DNA of 64,000 nt, taken from positions 62,001 to 126,000 of the forward strand of contig NW_020844283.1 in assembly GCF_003704095.1 (NCBI RefSeq). Reading direction: 5' to 3'. The notes beneath the pieces are model-generated. The model had not been told where the DNA came from, did no database searches, and saw only the letters and a program-made list of their open reading frames with translations. The DNA is from Pocillopora damicornis. Lineage: Eukaryota. Positions 1 through 14,400 of the stretch are shown here, in pieces. How positions within the stretch are numbered: the first letter of the stretch is position 1; every line of letters starts with the position of its first letter. The translations under genes and the position numbers were made by a program.

Positions 1-3000
1 ATTAGCAAATTACAGATGTATATGGTCAGATTGAATATTGGCTTGTTACAACCACAGAACAGTTATATTCTTTAGCAGTCAAAACCGCAGGCTAAATTAC
101 TTTATTTTTCAACCATAAAGGAGAGGTCATGTAATCACTTAGTGATTAGTATAAGATTAGAATTAACGGAAAATTGAATATCGCCAGGATTAGATATGCA
201 AAATTCATCATTCAAAAAACTAGAAAACAGTGTGCGTTTAGACCAAGTCTAACAAAAATGATGAGTGTAATGGCCTGCTCATATCTTCACATCTGTGATC
301 ATTTGCAACTGTGCTTCGAAAAGTTGTATTTATAAAAGGAAAAATTTTATACGGAAAAAAAGTCAATACATTTAAACGGTGTGAATTCGTCCTTTGATTT
401 GCGAAAATCAATTCCATTTTTTAAAATAAAATGGTAAACATTCTGGGGCCAAAAACGTGACTTTAATAATCTTCAGTTTGAGTTACATTTGTTTATCATT
501 TTTCTGATTCAGTCCATTTCCTATGTTAAAATAAAGTCACTGTCGAAACGCTGGCGATCCGTAAGTTTATTATTATCGCTTCTGTCGGATCAATTCCCCC
601 TAATGCGACTTACTCGTTAGACTTGCGCTATCTTTTACGCTAATCATCAAAGAGATCTTCAGTAAAGATGGTATAAATGCCATATGCTAGTTTCTAGCCA
701 ACATAAACTACCAACCGTGAAACCATCTGAAGAAAGCAACGAACTCTAAATCTGTCGTCTATATCCCATCCGTTCCAATCTGGAGGTGTATGTAAAGACC
801 TCATAAGGAAGCAGTGATAGGTTCCAGCCCCAATTAGCAGTCACTCTTTTTTTCGATATAAGCTAAACAGTAGTTCAATTGAAACTGGAAAGAATTAAGG
901 TGATCTAAGTGCATACACGACCATCACGAAGCACAGCGTCATCGAATGACCAATTTGATTTAATTCTATGCCCGGAAAATATTTAAATAAATTAGTGCGA
1001 CCATCTTTAAATTTGTCCCGCTAGGCTGTATGCCGCCGGCTATCTTTACCTACCGTTATTTTCTGTTTCTCGCTCTGCTCTATCAACCACCCTACTGACT
1101 CCATGGTCGATTACTCACAGTATTTGCTCTTTGAAAAAGAACTGATATCTGAATAAAACCGCTAAGTAACTAAGAAACGGCAAGGGAAAAAAAATCAGCG
1201 CTCGCCAAAGGTGAAATCGTATTCATAAATTTATATCCTATATTCAACAAAATGGTGTTCTTGGATTCTCTAGAAATTTTTAGCTACGGAGCTAATAAGA
1301 CAGTATTCCGAGTACTTCTTTAATCAAAATGAAATGACTTATTTGCATAGCTAGAGTCAAAATGAAATAAATAGCTTTTCTTCGTAAATATCGACTCCTA
1401 TCAATGAGCCAATATCTATTTCAACAGATAATACATGTAACGGAAACGTGATAGCGAGGAAAAAAACTATGTAGAGTTTGAATCAACCGCCATTTATGGT
1501 TTACCTCCTAACTTTTCAAGTTCTCTTCTAGGGGTTGCATCTTTTTCAACACATGTCTAACATTCGTCTTCTGCGAAAAAAAAGAGATAACATATATCAG
1601 CCTAAGAAGGTGTCATTTTCACGCACATGAAAGGTAATTTTCTACATTCCGGAACGACTCTCCACGTTAACTTGGAAACTGAAACTTAAGGTAAAGGCAT
1701 TGTTATCTAAAGGCTGTTTGTATTTCTGTAAAATGATGGCAGGTGAGGGATGGCTAGCAGCTCTACAGATTGGTGTTGTGTTCTAACACGGTTTTGAGCC
1801 AATAATAGGGCTACTCCTCAGTAACCAGAGGGGGTATCAGGCTATCGAATGTCACGCCTCATCTGCGTTTTAGACAGTAACTTGATTGGAATTTTAAAAC
1901 AGTAGAAAATTCTGGTATTCGAAAATGGATATGCTCGCTCATGAAATGCACATTGAATGGTCTGTTGTAGAAGTTTCATACCTCTCTTGCAAATTAAAAT
2001 TTTTTCCTTTTAGCCTCGTTCGAAAATTTTCATAACTGAAATGCAGCTAACGCAACATGCTTTCCAAAGAGTTCCGTTGCCCTTAACGAGATTAAAGGAT
2101 TAAGGAGGAAAGCCCTGGCGGTCTCTCAACCCTTAGGGGTCTAAAAATCTCAGCAGATCAATGTCCATCTTGGCGAGAAGCGGCGGTCCACAAGCAGATG
2201 TGTCCTGTACATGCAAAATGTTTGGTTGTCTACCATCAACAAGAAGATAAGATAGAAGAAAGCTTAAATGGTCCAGAACATTTTTGTTGTATGCGGCCTA
2301 TCCCGCGCTGAAGCGAGATTGCGACTGTGTTTAGCTTTGTCGCTGATCTTTGTTGCATCACATTTTCTGCGGAGTAATTCCGTGTAATGAAGCAAATGAA
2401 TGAAATATTTGCAGTTTTCGAATTCATCTTTAAGTTTCCGACTGTTTTTTGTTATTTCATTGACAAAATTTGATCATTGAGGAGTGGCAACTTACATATT
2501 CAGATATACGAGCGAAGAACCGAGAAAAAGGTTTTTGTTTTCAAGAATTCACATCTGTCAGCGGTATGAAAAACTACGAAACCAATTCCACTTTGATATT
2601 CACTTATTTCACTTCTACTGACCCGTCTACAATCCTACGGAGAATATAGCTCAAAATGTTAAAATATAAGAGATGAATTAATGGTGATTCGTATTGTTTT
2701 GCAGTTCCCCTCAAAATTTACGGCATTTTTTATCTAATAAGTAGTTCGTAAGAACTAAGTGTTTCAGTAGCCCACCGGTGCTGGACAACGGTCTGCTTAG
2801 AATCTAATAATTTTGTTGATCAACCCAGGAAAGCGTTTCTTCAGAGTCTATACCCAAGGTGATTTGATCGTGAGATAGCACTATAGAGTGACTCTTTTTT
2901 TAGCTTTTCTTTTCGCTTTTTCAGACGATTAACTAAAAGAAGCGCATATGATGATGGTACCATGCTGTTACAACCGACATGTTGATTTCCTAAGTACCTG

Positions 3001-6000
3001 TTTGTGTTTTACCTGAGGCTAGTATAGCCGTAGGACGCACGCCAGAACTCAGTGGTTATTTTTATAACAATGCAGCCCAACAGCCATCGTGTAAATTCCT
3101 GTCGCCCTTTTTGCCGATAAAAAACTTGAGACCCAATAGCTTACGTTACAGTGTTTAGGAACAAAAACTGTAACAAAATTTAGATGGAAACGGTTTATAG
3201 ATCTGAAACTTCGATCCACAATAACAATAACCTGATTACTCATATAGCACAAAATAAATGTGCATATGATCTATTGCACTTAAGACAGACTAGCATTTGG
3301 AGGCGTTTATAGTGTTTATCGAAAGGTGTTTTTAGAAATCATATAAAACGATAGCAATAAGGTGTAAATGAAAACCTTCCCCGTAGTCATTTAAGCTTTG
3401 CTGGATATTGAAATAACAAGCACGGCCCGTCAGTGGCCCGCTGTTTAGTGGCATCCTTAAGACGAAATTTTTCGGTTAATGATTAGATTTTAAAACAACT
3501 CTTTCGAAGTAACACGATTATAAAATTCATGTCTAAAATATGTTGGAGAGTAAACCATTTATCAAACTTACACACTCAATACAACGAATATGAATTTGAG
3601 ATATGCGAATCGTCCAAGAGGGAACTTGAAGCGTACCCACAGAGAATTTAACCACAGATGCCGTAAGGAGTTGTTTCAAGCCCTTCTTCGTTCTATAAGT
3701 TTTTCCTCATAAGAAGTAACGGATGATGATGGCTTCTGATGAAGTTGAATTTATAGTCGACATGATAATTCATGACCATCATGGCAGACTATGGCACGGA
3801 TCATGGCATGACTATGGCACATGTCCAAGATTTAGCCATTGACATAAATAAAGAAAGAAACCATAATACTTTCCTCTTTGCCAAGTAATGTGTCATTGTC
3901 GTAAATATTAGGAGGAAAAGTCACTTTTCATTAACTTACGTTCTTGATGGGACTATGAAATGTGCCTTTCTGACTTTTCCGTGGACAAAAGGCCACCAGA
4001 TGGCTGAAGTGTTTCCATTCCGATGAGAAGGAGGAACACTGTTATGTAAATACCTGTCAACTAAACAATCAACTCCCTGCGTGAAAAGTCAATCATGTGT
4101 CATTCAAGGTTTCTAAAAGTTGAATTACTCTGAATCGTGACTGGCTAAAACGATTTAGCATTTCATTTTCCAGGGGAAAATTTGACCTTCGAGATAAATT
4201 AGAAATCAGTTTGTTGCGTGAATTATCGAGGGACAAAATTTGGCAACCGTGAATATGATAACGAATGTACTTTCGTTCATTACTGCGACTCCAGCGTGAT
4301 CACAGAATCTTTTTCTTTCACTTTTTCAGTTGTCAACTATAAAATATGTATGTACGTCTTTGCAGGCTTTATTGTAGTTAGCAGTTGTTCAAGAGGTGTT
4401 TTCAAAGTTGTGTTTGAGACATGGTCCTCTATGTTTAGTTATTACTGATTTTCTGACAAACACTGAAAGTCTCTAGTTATAATAATAAAAATGTGGCTCA
4501 GAAGTGTTTCCTTGCACAAACAGTTGTCCTTACAGTCAATCGATTCTCAATCTTTTTTTGTTAATCAACTAAGTCTGTAGATTCACTGTTTCCTTGGCGA
4601 TTAAATTATATTGAACGATTTAGCAATAGTTGTTTTTCATCATTAATTGAACACATAGGCTAAGTATTTGAATATCAGGACTCTACACTCGTGTTTATCA
4701 TTCAAAACTAAAACCAGTAATCATCAGTCAGGAAATAGTTTTTATGGCAAGTTTTGTTCATTGTAGAACGAACTAACTGGAATTATCCAAACTTTTCTCT
4801 GCGGTGGAAAACGAAGGGCATTAAGCCGTGATGATCTACACGAGGATTGAGAAAGACTTGTGGAACGGCCCTCCTTTAGTGGCTGAGCAAATGCTGGCTC
4901 CTTATTGGTAGTAAGAAAATCTTTTGCACCATTTTACCAAACCGATAAGCAGCAAGACCAGTTGAAATTGCCAGTCCACTATGTTAATGTACGACGCCTA
5001 CACGAAAATAACATTTCCACCCTTGTCTCTGGTTTGCTCCAACTATCATGGTCCTCTTCGAGAGGGACTGTTTTGATTGCATTCAGGCTACAACTGATCT
5101 ATTGTTGACGTAATCTAACACCACTTACCACAATATTGCACGCCACTGTAACGATGTCTGCGATCAATTCCTTCACTAAATTTCTTAACTGCGTCTTCGA
5201 GAAGATTGCGATCGATCCTCCACTCTTTTAGGCTGTGAAAGTAATTGTTGTCATGCAAGGAAAACTAAAATGAAGAAGAGAAGCATGCTGTGTGCCGATT
5301 GGTGCTTTTTTCTCCAATCAGAGCCGGCGCTCACCACTTTTGACCGTACTAGGCTGAATGCTTCTTCATAGCTAAGTGTTATTGTAGTAGACTATTTAAA
5401 GGTAGCGGAATTCCTAAGTTCGTAGTTTAAATTTTTTCTCTGTGGGATTGACAGTAACGTTTTTTAAAATAATTTTTTTTAACGTTTGACTATTTAATGT
5501 GAACTTCACTAGATACTGATTCAAACCGATCATTGATTTGTAACGATTATGTTCAGAAACACGATATAACGTCACATACTAATTCCATTTCTAAGCTGTT
5601 TGAAGTTCCTATGAACTTACAGCAAAAAAAGCAATTGCGAGTTTTCCGATAAGCGGCAAAAGGCAATTAAAATTAATATGTCAAAGTGTCAGACAGGCCC
5701 ATGCCTTTGTCGCCAATAAGATTTAGCGAGACAGAAGTGCATTAAGGATATTCTAATTTCTCAAGAGTAATTTCCTAAAAGATGATAACATTTTTTCTTT
5801 ACTTAATTTGGTCACAGAAAGTAGCAGATGGAAAGTTTCGTATTAATCAGGTGATAAACTGCTAAACAGATCTTTCAGAGCTGTTAAAAAGGAGCAAATG
5901 TTATTGGCAGAACAGATCTTATTGCCGCTATTGATTTCGAAAAACTTCGAAAGGTCATTTTTTTGCTTGTAACAAGATTCTGGCGTTTTAAAAATGACTC

Positions 6001-8742
6001 GTCTCGATTGTCACTAAATTTGTACAATTTGGCTTGCGTTCAAGTGTTCGTTACCTGTATGACACATCCTAGGCTAAGCTTTACAAAATAATGATTTATC
6101 CGTATTTGAATGCCTTTCTTACCGAAAAAAAAAAAAGCGTAGTTAATTTGTCTTTTTTTAATTGCCTAAAGGTAAACCCAGGAAATTAATGAATTATTAA
6201 TGGTCTGTATTTATTTACAAGATTTCCCAAAAGTTCTGAATTCGATAAAGGACGAAAAAAAATGAATTTTTTGACCACTAACTATCGAGTATTTACCTTG
6301 TTTATCGATAGCTCTCCCTATAAAATGATGCAAACAACAAACCTCAACTATGTCTAAAAACGTTTCGGCAACAAGTAGGAAAAAGTTCAATGATAACAAA
6401 TCGCACCGCGTTTTTTCTTATTTAATTTTGTATCTTTGTTCTTGTTCTTTTGTCATTTCAAATTATTTTATTTTTGCTTTTTTTCAAAGCATATGAATTT
6501 TCGAGACCATCTTTATTTTCCATAAATCCGAAGCCGCTACGATCGGCAATTATAGCCTGTTTTCAAGCCTCTGTTTATACATTGTCGACTTAGATATCCG
6601 ATGCTGACAGCTGACGGATCCTTCATGGTGAATCCTATCAAAATATGAACTTTGTTGCTATCGAAGCCTGCCCATGTTAGCATTGGGGGAACCTGGAGAT
6701 TTAGTCCTCTAAAAGGCGTATTTTTAAGTGGCACCAGTAAAGTCATTGCTCTGATTTGAAATTTATTTGTAGATCCTCCTTCAGTACTGACATCAATTTT
6801 TCGAGTGAAACAAAGTGGCGAAAAGACGTAATAGCAGTAATAAGTTCGGTCAAAGTACAATCTGATTGTGAAACTGAGTTTAAAAAAAAAAGTCAAAGAA
6901 AGACTCACCTTAATCTTCACTTTTGAATCGTGAATGGAACTGGTCCAGCTGTATACAACAAATCAATCTGGGTTCACAAACTAATCATCACCGGTTAAAT
7001 CAAAACTACTAAACATGGAAATTCTGAATACCTCTTTCATAAGTGATTCGAGACACAGGGAGACAAAGTGGTTTGGTCCAAATGTTAAATGCCAGCTAAT
7101 CTAGGCACTGATCACATGCCTTTCCGTTAAACACCTCGGGACTCGTTTGAAATAAAAAAAAATTGGGATATATAGTTATTTAAGTGACATTTATGTGACG
7201 AATGCTTTTTATCGCTAACGTATGACTTAGTGCATCAAATGGTTATGTTCAAAATGAGCGTAAATCATCAACTCCGTCATCTTTGAAATCAGAATTTATG
7301 ATGATTTTGAATTTTCAGGATTGACAAATGACTCACAAAAAAAGTTTTTCTGACATATGTTTTTCTTTGCGATGATATGTCTTACATTTTTTGCGAGAGC
7401 TAGGAAAAGCTCTCTTGAGGATATGAAAGTTAAATAACCGATCATAGTGCATGAGATAAGCATGAGGCTTCTTCTAAAAGATAATCGACAACAGAAATTT
7501 CACTGCCTCGATCATTGTTTCATAAAATTTTCATCAGTTGAAGAGGCTATTTAAACCGAAATTACCACGAAGGCTTGGCAGTAATCTATTAGCTACTGAA
7601 GGCAATAAAATGCCAAAAACTTTATCTACTCTCATGACACAGATGACATTTGTACCTTATAAAACCAATTTTTATCATGAGAGCTCGCTAAGTCACCAAT
7701 AAATAACATCTGCGATCAAAAATGCCATAACGAGCACTTCATTCCATGCCAAAAGTTATAAAATAACTTGGTTCATCTTCGGAACAATAGTCAATTACCT
7801 TCTTACACTTACCTTTCTTGGAACGTGAGCAATCTTTTAGAAGGATCTAATACAAACAAAGAGTGCTGAGTTTCCAAATGAACACGAAAGCGATATAAAG
7901 TCAAGAACATACAGCACCTGACTCAATTCTAATTGAATTAGTCCATTAGTGCCATTTTAGGTATTACCATTACATCTTTACCTAGCCTTTTTCATTAATA
8001 GAAATGGACAACTTTTAAAAACGTTTTTTAAAAGCTTTTAGCATATGAAACACATTATATTCGCCAATTGGTTGAGGCAGTTTCTTTCATTTTTATTTCG
8101 AGAATTAGCAAATCCAGATTAATCGATATCTTAAACTTAAAATTGGAATTTATTCTTTTTAACCGATAATCATTTTTATTGGTTCCCAAGGGTTGTAAAA
8201 ATAATCTGATCAATCTTATGATCCTAATTTTCAGACAAGTAGTATCTTATTCGTACTGAGCTCCTCTGGCATCAGGTGCGTGAGATGCACCATCACAGGG
8301 GCTCAAATGCAAGACGGAAGAGATTTGAATTAAACTTGGCAAATCGATTAATACAAGTTTTCCTGCTTTTCATAGAATCAGTTCTCGATGAGAATGCATT
8401 TTAGGAAGTTTTCAAAGGTGCTTTTTTACGGGTCGTCAGCTTTGTGAATTTAGGGAAACGGTCTAAACAATCATTTTTATACACTACAAATCGTCAGTTT
8501 TTTAATAGCTTGCTCTAGAAATGTGCAATAAATATGTCAGAATGATCGCGGTCAAGTAGCAGAACAGGTGAAAGCCCTGTTCCAAAACCTGACTGGAAAT
8601 AGTAACTAAACCTTGAAATGAGGAGAACCGTTGAAGCGCTCATTCGGCTCCGACGAAAATTTGCCGAGGTCAGATGATCATGGTGAAAGTATTCCAACTT
8701 TACATTCAATCACCTGCTACCTTACTCCACTAAATTTGAGTA

Positions 8743-9058
8743 TGTAACTCTTTACCCATTTTAGGTTGAATTAAGAAAGTTTACTCAGCTGCTCCTCCGT
8801 GGGCTGATATCACGATAAGCTCTCGAAAGCTTTTGAGTAAACCATATCTCTTAAGTTCATGATTCAACCTAACTTCCTATGTCATCGGATTTACTCGACT
8901 CGAAAGCTGTGACTCTTAACCCATTTTGGGTTGAATTAAGAACGTTTACTCAGCTGCTCCTCCGTGGGCTGATATCACGATAAGTTCTCGAAAGCTTTTG
9001 AGTAAACCATATCTCTTAAGTTCATGATTCAACCTAACTTCCTATGTCATCGGATTTA
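8743..9058. repeat. Direct tandem duplication of a 151-bp unit (8743-8893 and 8908-9058), each unit an imperfect hairpin
   Basis: The two copies differ at about 5 positions and are separated by a 14-bp spacer. Each has nested inverted segments AGGTTGAAT/ATTCAACCT, TTAAGA/TCTTAA and GTTTACTCA/TGAGTAAAC. Confidence 0.93.
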
Positions 9059-9759
9059 GCAAGAACCTTCTTTTTTGCAAAATGTAAATAGAAACCATGT
9101 AGAATTTCCATTCTGGTCCAAAAAACAGTTGGTATTTAGAAAGATAACTATCCTTTACGTGTCAACATGTTCAGATGTGTTTCATATCCACGCAAACTTA
9201 CAAAATGGTCTGAGGAAAATTGTTTGAAAATATAAAAATTTCGAGAACCATCAGTTTTTAGATATGTTTTATGCGTGACTAAATGCCAAAGAAAAGAAAA
9301 CAGAAGGAAAAGTAACTCAAACTGTAAATGTTAGATTGACGTGGTTGACTTTTTGATTGAAGAGAGTATTTTCACAGTTGAAATGCACAGATTCTTTAAA
9401 ATTACACTGAAGTTTTTCTGGAGCTAGAATCTTTAATTTCGAAGCAATGTGCAGAGCAGGACCTAAGGAAAGCTTCTCAATTTTAAATATGTGAAAGGAC
9501 CTCTCACTGCGATGTCTACGATGGTTATAAATATTATTTCCGTTGATGTAGCAAACCGTTACAGTATGCACAAGTACAATTTTTGTAATAAACTGAACAA
9601 CACAGTGCTGAGTTTCAAAATGTTTCTTACCAGCGCCTTGGAATTAAATTAATTGGAATTATCCAAATCAGTTTTACAAAATTCGCCTCAGCGGTTGTCG
9701 CGTAACTTGATCAAATATCGTTAAAAAGTTGTGGTCAATTTACCACCGTAAAACCTCAG

Positions 9760-10255
9760 GGCATAAACCTCACAGCAAGACTCATTGAACACAAGCAAAC
9801 GATAAAAAAATGGTGATGTTATTAATCAAATTGCTTAACTGGAGCTCTGTGCAGTACCTTACCTACTACACAAACAATTTAATGACTCTGGAAAGGTAAT
9901 TCACTTTCTTAAAACAGACTACGCTCAATACATATGCACCATACAAACGACTTACTTAGGACATTTAAACCAAAAACGAACCGGATAGGACAACCCAACA
10001 TTACCGACGGGTCGAACCCGACCAATCACGACTGACTTATGCCACTTGAGACTTAAAACTAACCTATCAGTTTACACGAACCGGACCTAAAATATTCGAC
10101 TGACACCGAGTCTTCACTGAACTCCGATGATGATTTCCGCTCAAGTTATCGAAACGCCATTCATTACCACCGACAACAGTCCTTCTCAGGACTACTCACA
10201 CCTGGACGAGACTACTCGATGAAATGTTACCCCGCGTTCAAAACATGTACCATGT
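9760..10255 (+). mobile_element. Degenerate 3' fragment of a Penelope-like retroelement (GIY-YIG endonuclease C-terminus plus terminal repeat with a decayed hammerhead)
   Basis: Frameshifted translation NLTARLIEHKQTIK-NGDVINQIA..NWSSVQYLTYYTN..MTLE..APYKRL resembles the recalled PLE endonuclease tail (R-L-x-EH..NHIA..W..TLES..PYKRL). It is followed by a hammerhead-like CCGATGA..ATCGAAACGCC at about 10124-10160. Recognition is from memory, not a search. Confidence 0.7.
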
Positions 10256-11426
10256 TGCAAAGTTAATTACGAGTAGTAGTCTAATAGGCTGCATGGTGTT
10301 TATTGTCGTTTTCTGTTGTGAAGTCATGGCAGAAACGGAATTCTTCCCTTCGTCTTGGAGTTAAAATTGTGTTGTACGCACGAAATTTAACGAAGTTGAA
10401 TCTTTTCTGTTTGTTTTCAAAGATTCATCAGTCTAATGGATCATACAAAAAACAAAACAAACCACAAGAATATAAAAACATAAATTTAAGGATTTTCCGG
10501 TTTAGACAAGTTGATATGGCTGCCATAGTCAATTTAATCGGGTGATTACATAATGTTATTATATATATGGTTTTGCATGGCTGGGTAATGCAGCTCGGCT
10601 GGCTTGTTAGACCAAAGCATAGTTATTTAATCTCCTTGACTCCGCTAGTCTGATAAGAAACAACTTTTTGCGAAGGAGAAATTGACACGCTGAGAGCAGA
10701 CAACATGGGCATCTGGCCGAACTCAACCCTTGAAATTTCTATTTATTTCGCTATCGCGCCTTTACCCTCCTCTGCCAGCCGCGAATATAAGCTACCGTTA
10801 TTAAACTTCTACAAGGATAGAAAAATGAAAAGAGGAAAGAAATGTGGAATTATGTGAATTACCCCACAGGAGAAGAAATTGAAGAGCTAGACAGTAATTT
10901 ATGCCTGGCACATGTATAAAGCAGTGAATATCGTGTTTAACCTCAAATTCTACTTTGAGTTTTTTTGGCAATTTTAAATACATAGCCTTAAATTAGAATA
11001 CCACTCTTAATACAAGCGAGTTGAATCTTTGATAGAAGAGCAGCAAGGCAAAGCAATCTAAGCTTAAAAAGTGGTTCAAAAAACTGCTGACCTACTTAAC
11101 TGAGCTGCATGCTTATTCAAGAGTATTGATTCATCGACATAAGTGAAATGAATAAACAACATGTGTCAGGACAGCTGGGCTTTTTCACAAGGCACGTGCG
11201 TTCTATTATTAAAGCAATTCAACCAAATCTGTTTGGTGTGCATCTCTGAGTACATATTGTGGCTATGTGACCATACAGGGGAAAATTGCTGCAACCGTAA
11301 GCCGAGCTTACACGGCCTCCTCTTGGCTACACTCCGAAATGAATCATTAGGAAGCAACAAAAGTTTGGTCTAAAAAGTTTAACAGCATGCACCTTTTATC
11401 TTGCCTGTAATATATTCCGATGTGAA

Positions 11427-14400
11427 ATGTTTGTTTTAAGAACTAAATTCTCTCCACAATGGTAAGTAAACAGAAACTCGCGATCAAATCGATATTCACA
11501 TGTTATGCATAATCGTTATGGACTTTTACGCTTCTTGACCAATAGCAACTTGTTTTTTTCCTCTCTTTTGTCTTCTCTTTTCTTTATTTTCATGTTTCCT
11601 GCGACAAGGCGTGCTAATGGTAAGAATCGGGCAGACAAACAGTACCCCGGCAGAAGTGTAAAACTTGTCAGCGTGTCCAATTTGTTGTTCTTTGAACAAT
11701 GAAAAGCTTTGAAACTCTTAAACAAAGCACACGATAAAGAACAATTAACATAAATCATCATTACCGAGCACTAGTTAATTATAATTCGAAAAATTCCTTC
11801 ATTTTCAATCAATTTAACTTCCTAAGGAGTAGGATTCAGTTGGCAATACTAATTTGCATAACTTAAGTTTAGGTTCTTGTGAGATCTTGTTGTGAAACAA
11901 ACCCAGGCAGTCTCTTCCTTTCACTACAATTGCTAGAATTTTTCTGAGAGTGCTTCCCGCTTAATACCACGAAACAATGCTTTCCAACTGGATAAACGTG
12001 AGTCTTCCACTGACCATCTTACTGATTTTTTGTGGAACTTCTGAAACCACGCGGCAAGGTTAGTTCCCATCCGTGAACAGTCTCAATACTAAACACCACT
12101 GACTTTCTGTGATATTTAACTTCTTAGAACTGGCCCTAAAGTTGCCAGTTTATTTTGGTTTCCGTAGTTTAGAGAAATTGGCGAACCGTACAACAAGCGA
12201 TTACTGCAAAAGTAGGACTAACAGACGCTCTGAGCGGATCATATGAAACTGACCTCTTAAGGGCACTGATGTTAACTTAATGAAACTCGCGTCTATGACT
12301 CCGTTCTGAGGATATATAGAGCATTTCAGAACTGAGCTAAACGAAACGTTAATTTAAAAAATGTAAACGTTTATCTATTTTAGGCCGTATGAAAGACCAT
12401 GTTTTACAGTGTTCTGTAGCACGCTTTTATTGGCAGACCAGTATCGTTTACTTGGAAAAAAAACGGTCTGTATTGTCTTTCCCTCTTTCTTACGGTGTAA
12501 GAAGATCATGTTTTCTTCATCTCCACAATATACACAAAACATAAGGCGTCTATGAGAATTTGACTGAATTACTGCGCAATGTGTAGTTGGACAAACGCAC
12601 AACGTGTGACTACCAATCTAATTGAAATTTCGACATTAAAACTGTAAAGCGGGACTAACGGAAGTGTCTATAAATTTCTTAAAATTCCATTACGTCCTTA
12701 AAAGGAACAGTCGGTAAATAGCTCTTGTGTATGTCACAGATGGATTAATGGAAAAAAACGGCAAGAAAAAAATACACATCCTAAAAACTAGTCAAACAGA
12801 AAGAAGGAAATAAACTGACGAACTGCAATAGGCTGCAACGACTCTAAGAAGGAAATTTGTACTGCTTTCGAGCAAGTCCTCATTATTAACGCTGCAAGGT
12901 GCGTGTTTCCTCGCTGATCTACCATGATTCTCGTCTCTATTATCACCAATATCATTGAAATGCTTCACTCTTGATCTGTCCAATTGAATTGACTGAAAAG
13001 ACAAACAAAAAGGAAAATAAGTTTCAAAGTTTTAAAGTGATAATGATAACAATTTACTCGCCGATATCAAGTGATTTTTCTTTGAAATGCTCAATCTGGA
13101 TGCACATGTTCATGATCAGGTCATCTAAACCACGATCGATGCACAGCTAAGCTTTGTTGATAATGTTGTTTTTAGTTAAATAAACCATATCAAACAGCTT
13201 TTTGATTTGAAATTCAGGATGTAGTGAACTAGAAGTCCTCTTTGAAAATAAACGGAAACATATGAGCACAATGCATCATGGGATTACAGCATCAACGGCA
13301 CAGAGCATCATAGAAATGCAGCATCAACGACGTAGGGCATCATGGTATTAGGGAGCAAACAGATTCACACAGTGCCCCCAAAAACTGACGTACCCCATTA
13401 AAAAAGCTCTTTCCAGAGCTGAACACGGTTTTAATTTGGTTTCTTCACGAAGCTGCTTAAGCCATAATCAAAGCTTTGTAAGAAACGGGGCCCATTTACC
13501 CAAAACGAACGAGAAGTTACAAGGAATTTAATACTTGGCTTATAATTTCCCTCACGCTTGTTCGCTAATACATTTATTTCCTGTGATTAATTTTTTTAGG
13601 CTGTAAATTTACCTTAACACAGAACAGGGGCACATTCCAAACTCCGAACTTCCCTGAAAAATACCCAAATGGTGTCCAATGCATTTGGAACATTAAAGTA
13701 CAAGTGGGTCGATTCGTTCTACTCTCTTTCGACACATTTGTGTTAGAAAGCTTTAATGGAAAATGTATTGATATGGTAGAGGTCAAGGATGGAAGCAAGT
13801 CCACGGATCAACTGCTTGGTGAGAGCCAATAATCCAACCCCTTCTTCAATTTTACTCTTTATTACCGCCGGTTTATAAACTCACCTATGCGCACAGTTGT
13901 TGCAGTTTACAACCTCTTAATCAGGATATTTTTGGTTGAGGAAACAGTGGCCGGGATTGAGTTCGTTGCATTGTAAAAAAAACCGTGGTCGTTTTATTTT
14001 ATTACTTTCTTCGAATATTGCCATTTATTGAGACAGGACCCTAAACTATAGTCTGAATTCCTCATAAAGACTTAAATAACTCAGTTTATCAACTTTCAAT
14101 CTGTTTTTATTCATTCGCACAAAATGCAAATAGACTTCACTGGCTGCTTCTAAGATCCCAAAATGGATACCTTACATGAAACATTTTGTTTTTGCACTTC
14201 AGTTCAAATCATCAGCCTTCGACGAAAAATTTAATTTCTCTGGTGATGGCAAGAAATTACTAACAGGAAAATTACAGATGAGGAAAACGCTGTAAAATAA
14301 TTTATCTGGATGTCATGGTATTTTTCACAAACCACAGACAAGCTTAACTAAGATATGTTGTTCTTTCTTAAGGTACTTTTTGTAACGCCAGCCTCCCACC

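Noticed and set aside
2236-9571. Short ORFs in the track across 2-9.6 kb, including the 127-aa ORF 6537-6920
   Set aside because: No recognisable domains, mostly non-ATG starts and no consistent splice chain; compatible with chance ORFs in AT-rich DNA.
13270-13350. Short GCATCA-based repeat resembling a ZNF143/THAP-type motif; similar CATGGCA micro-repeat at about 3778-3825
   Set aside because: Too short and degenerate to assign a function, and not next to an evident TSS.
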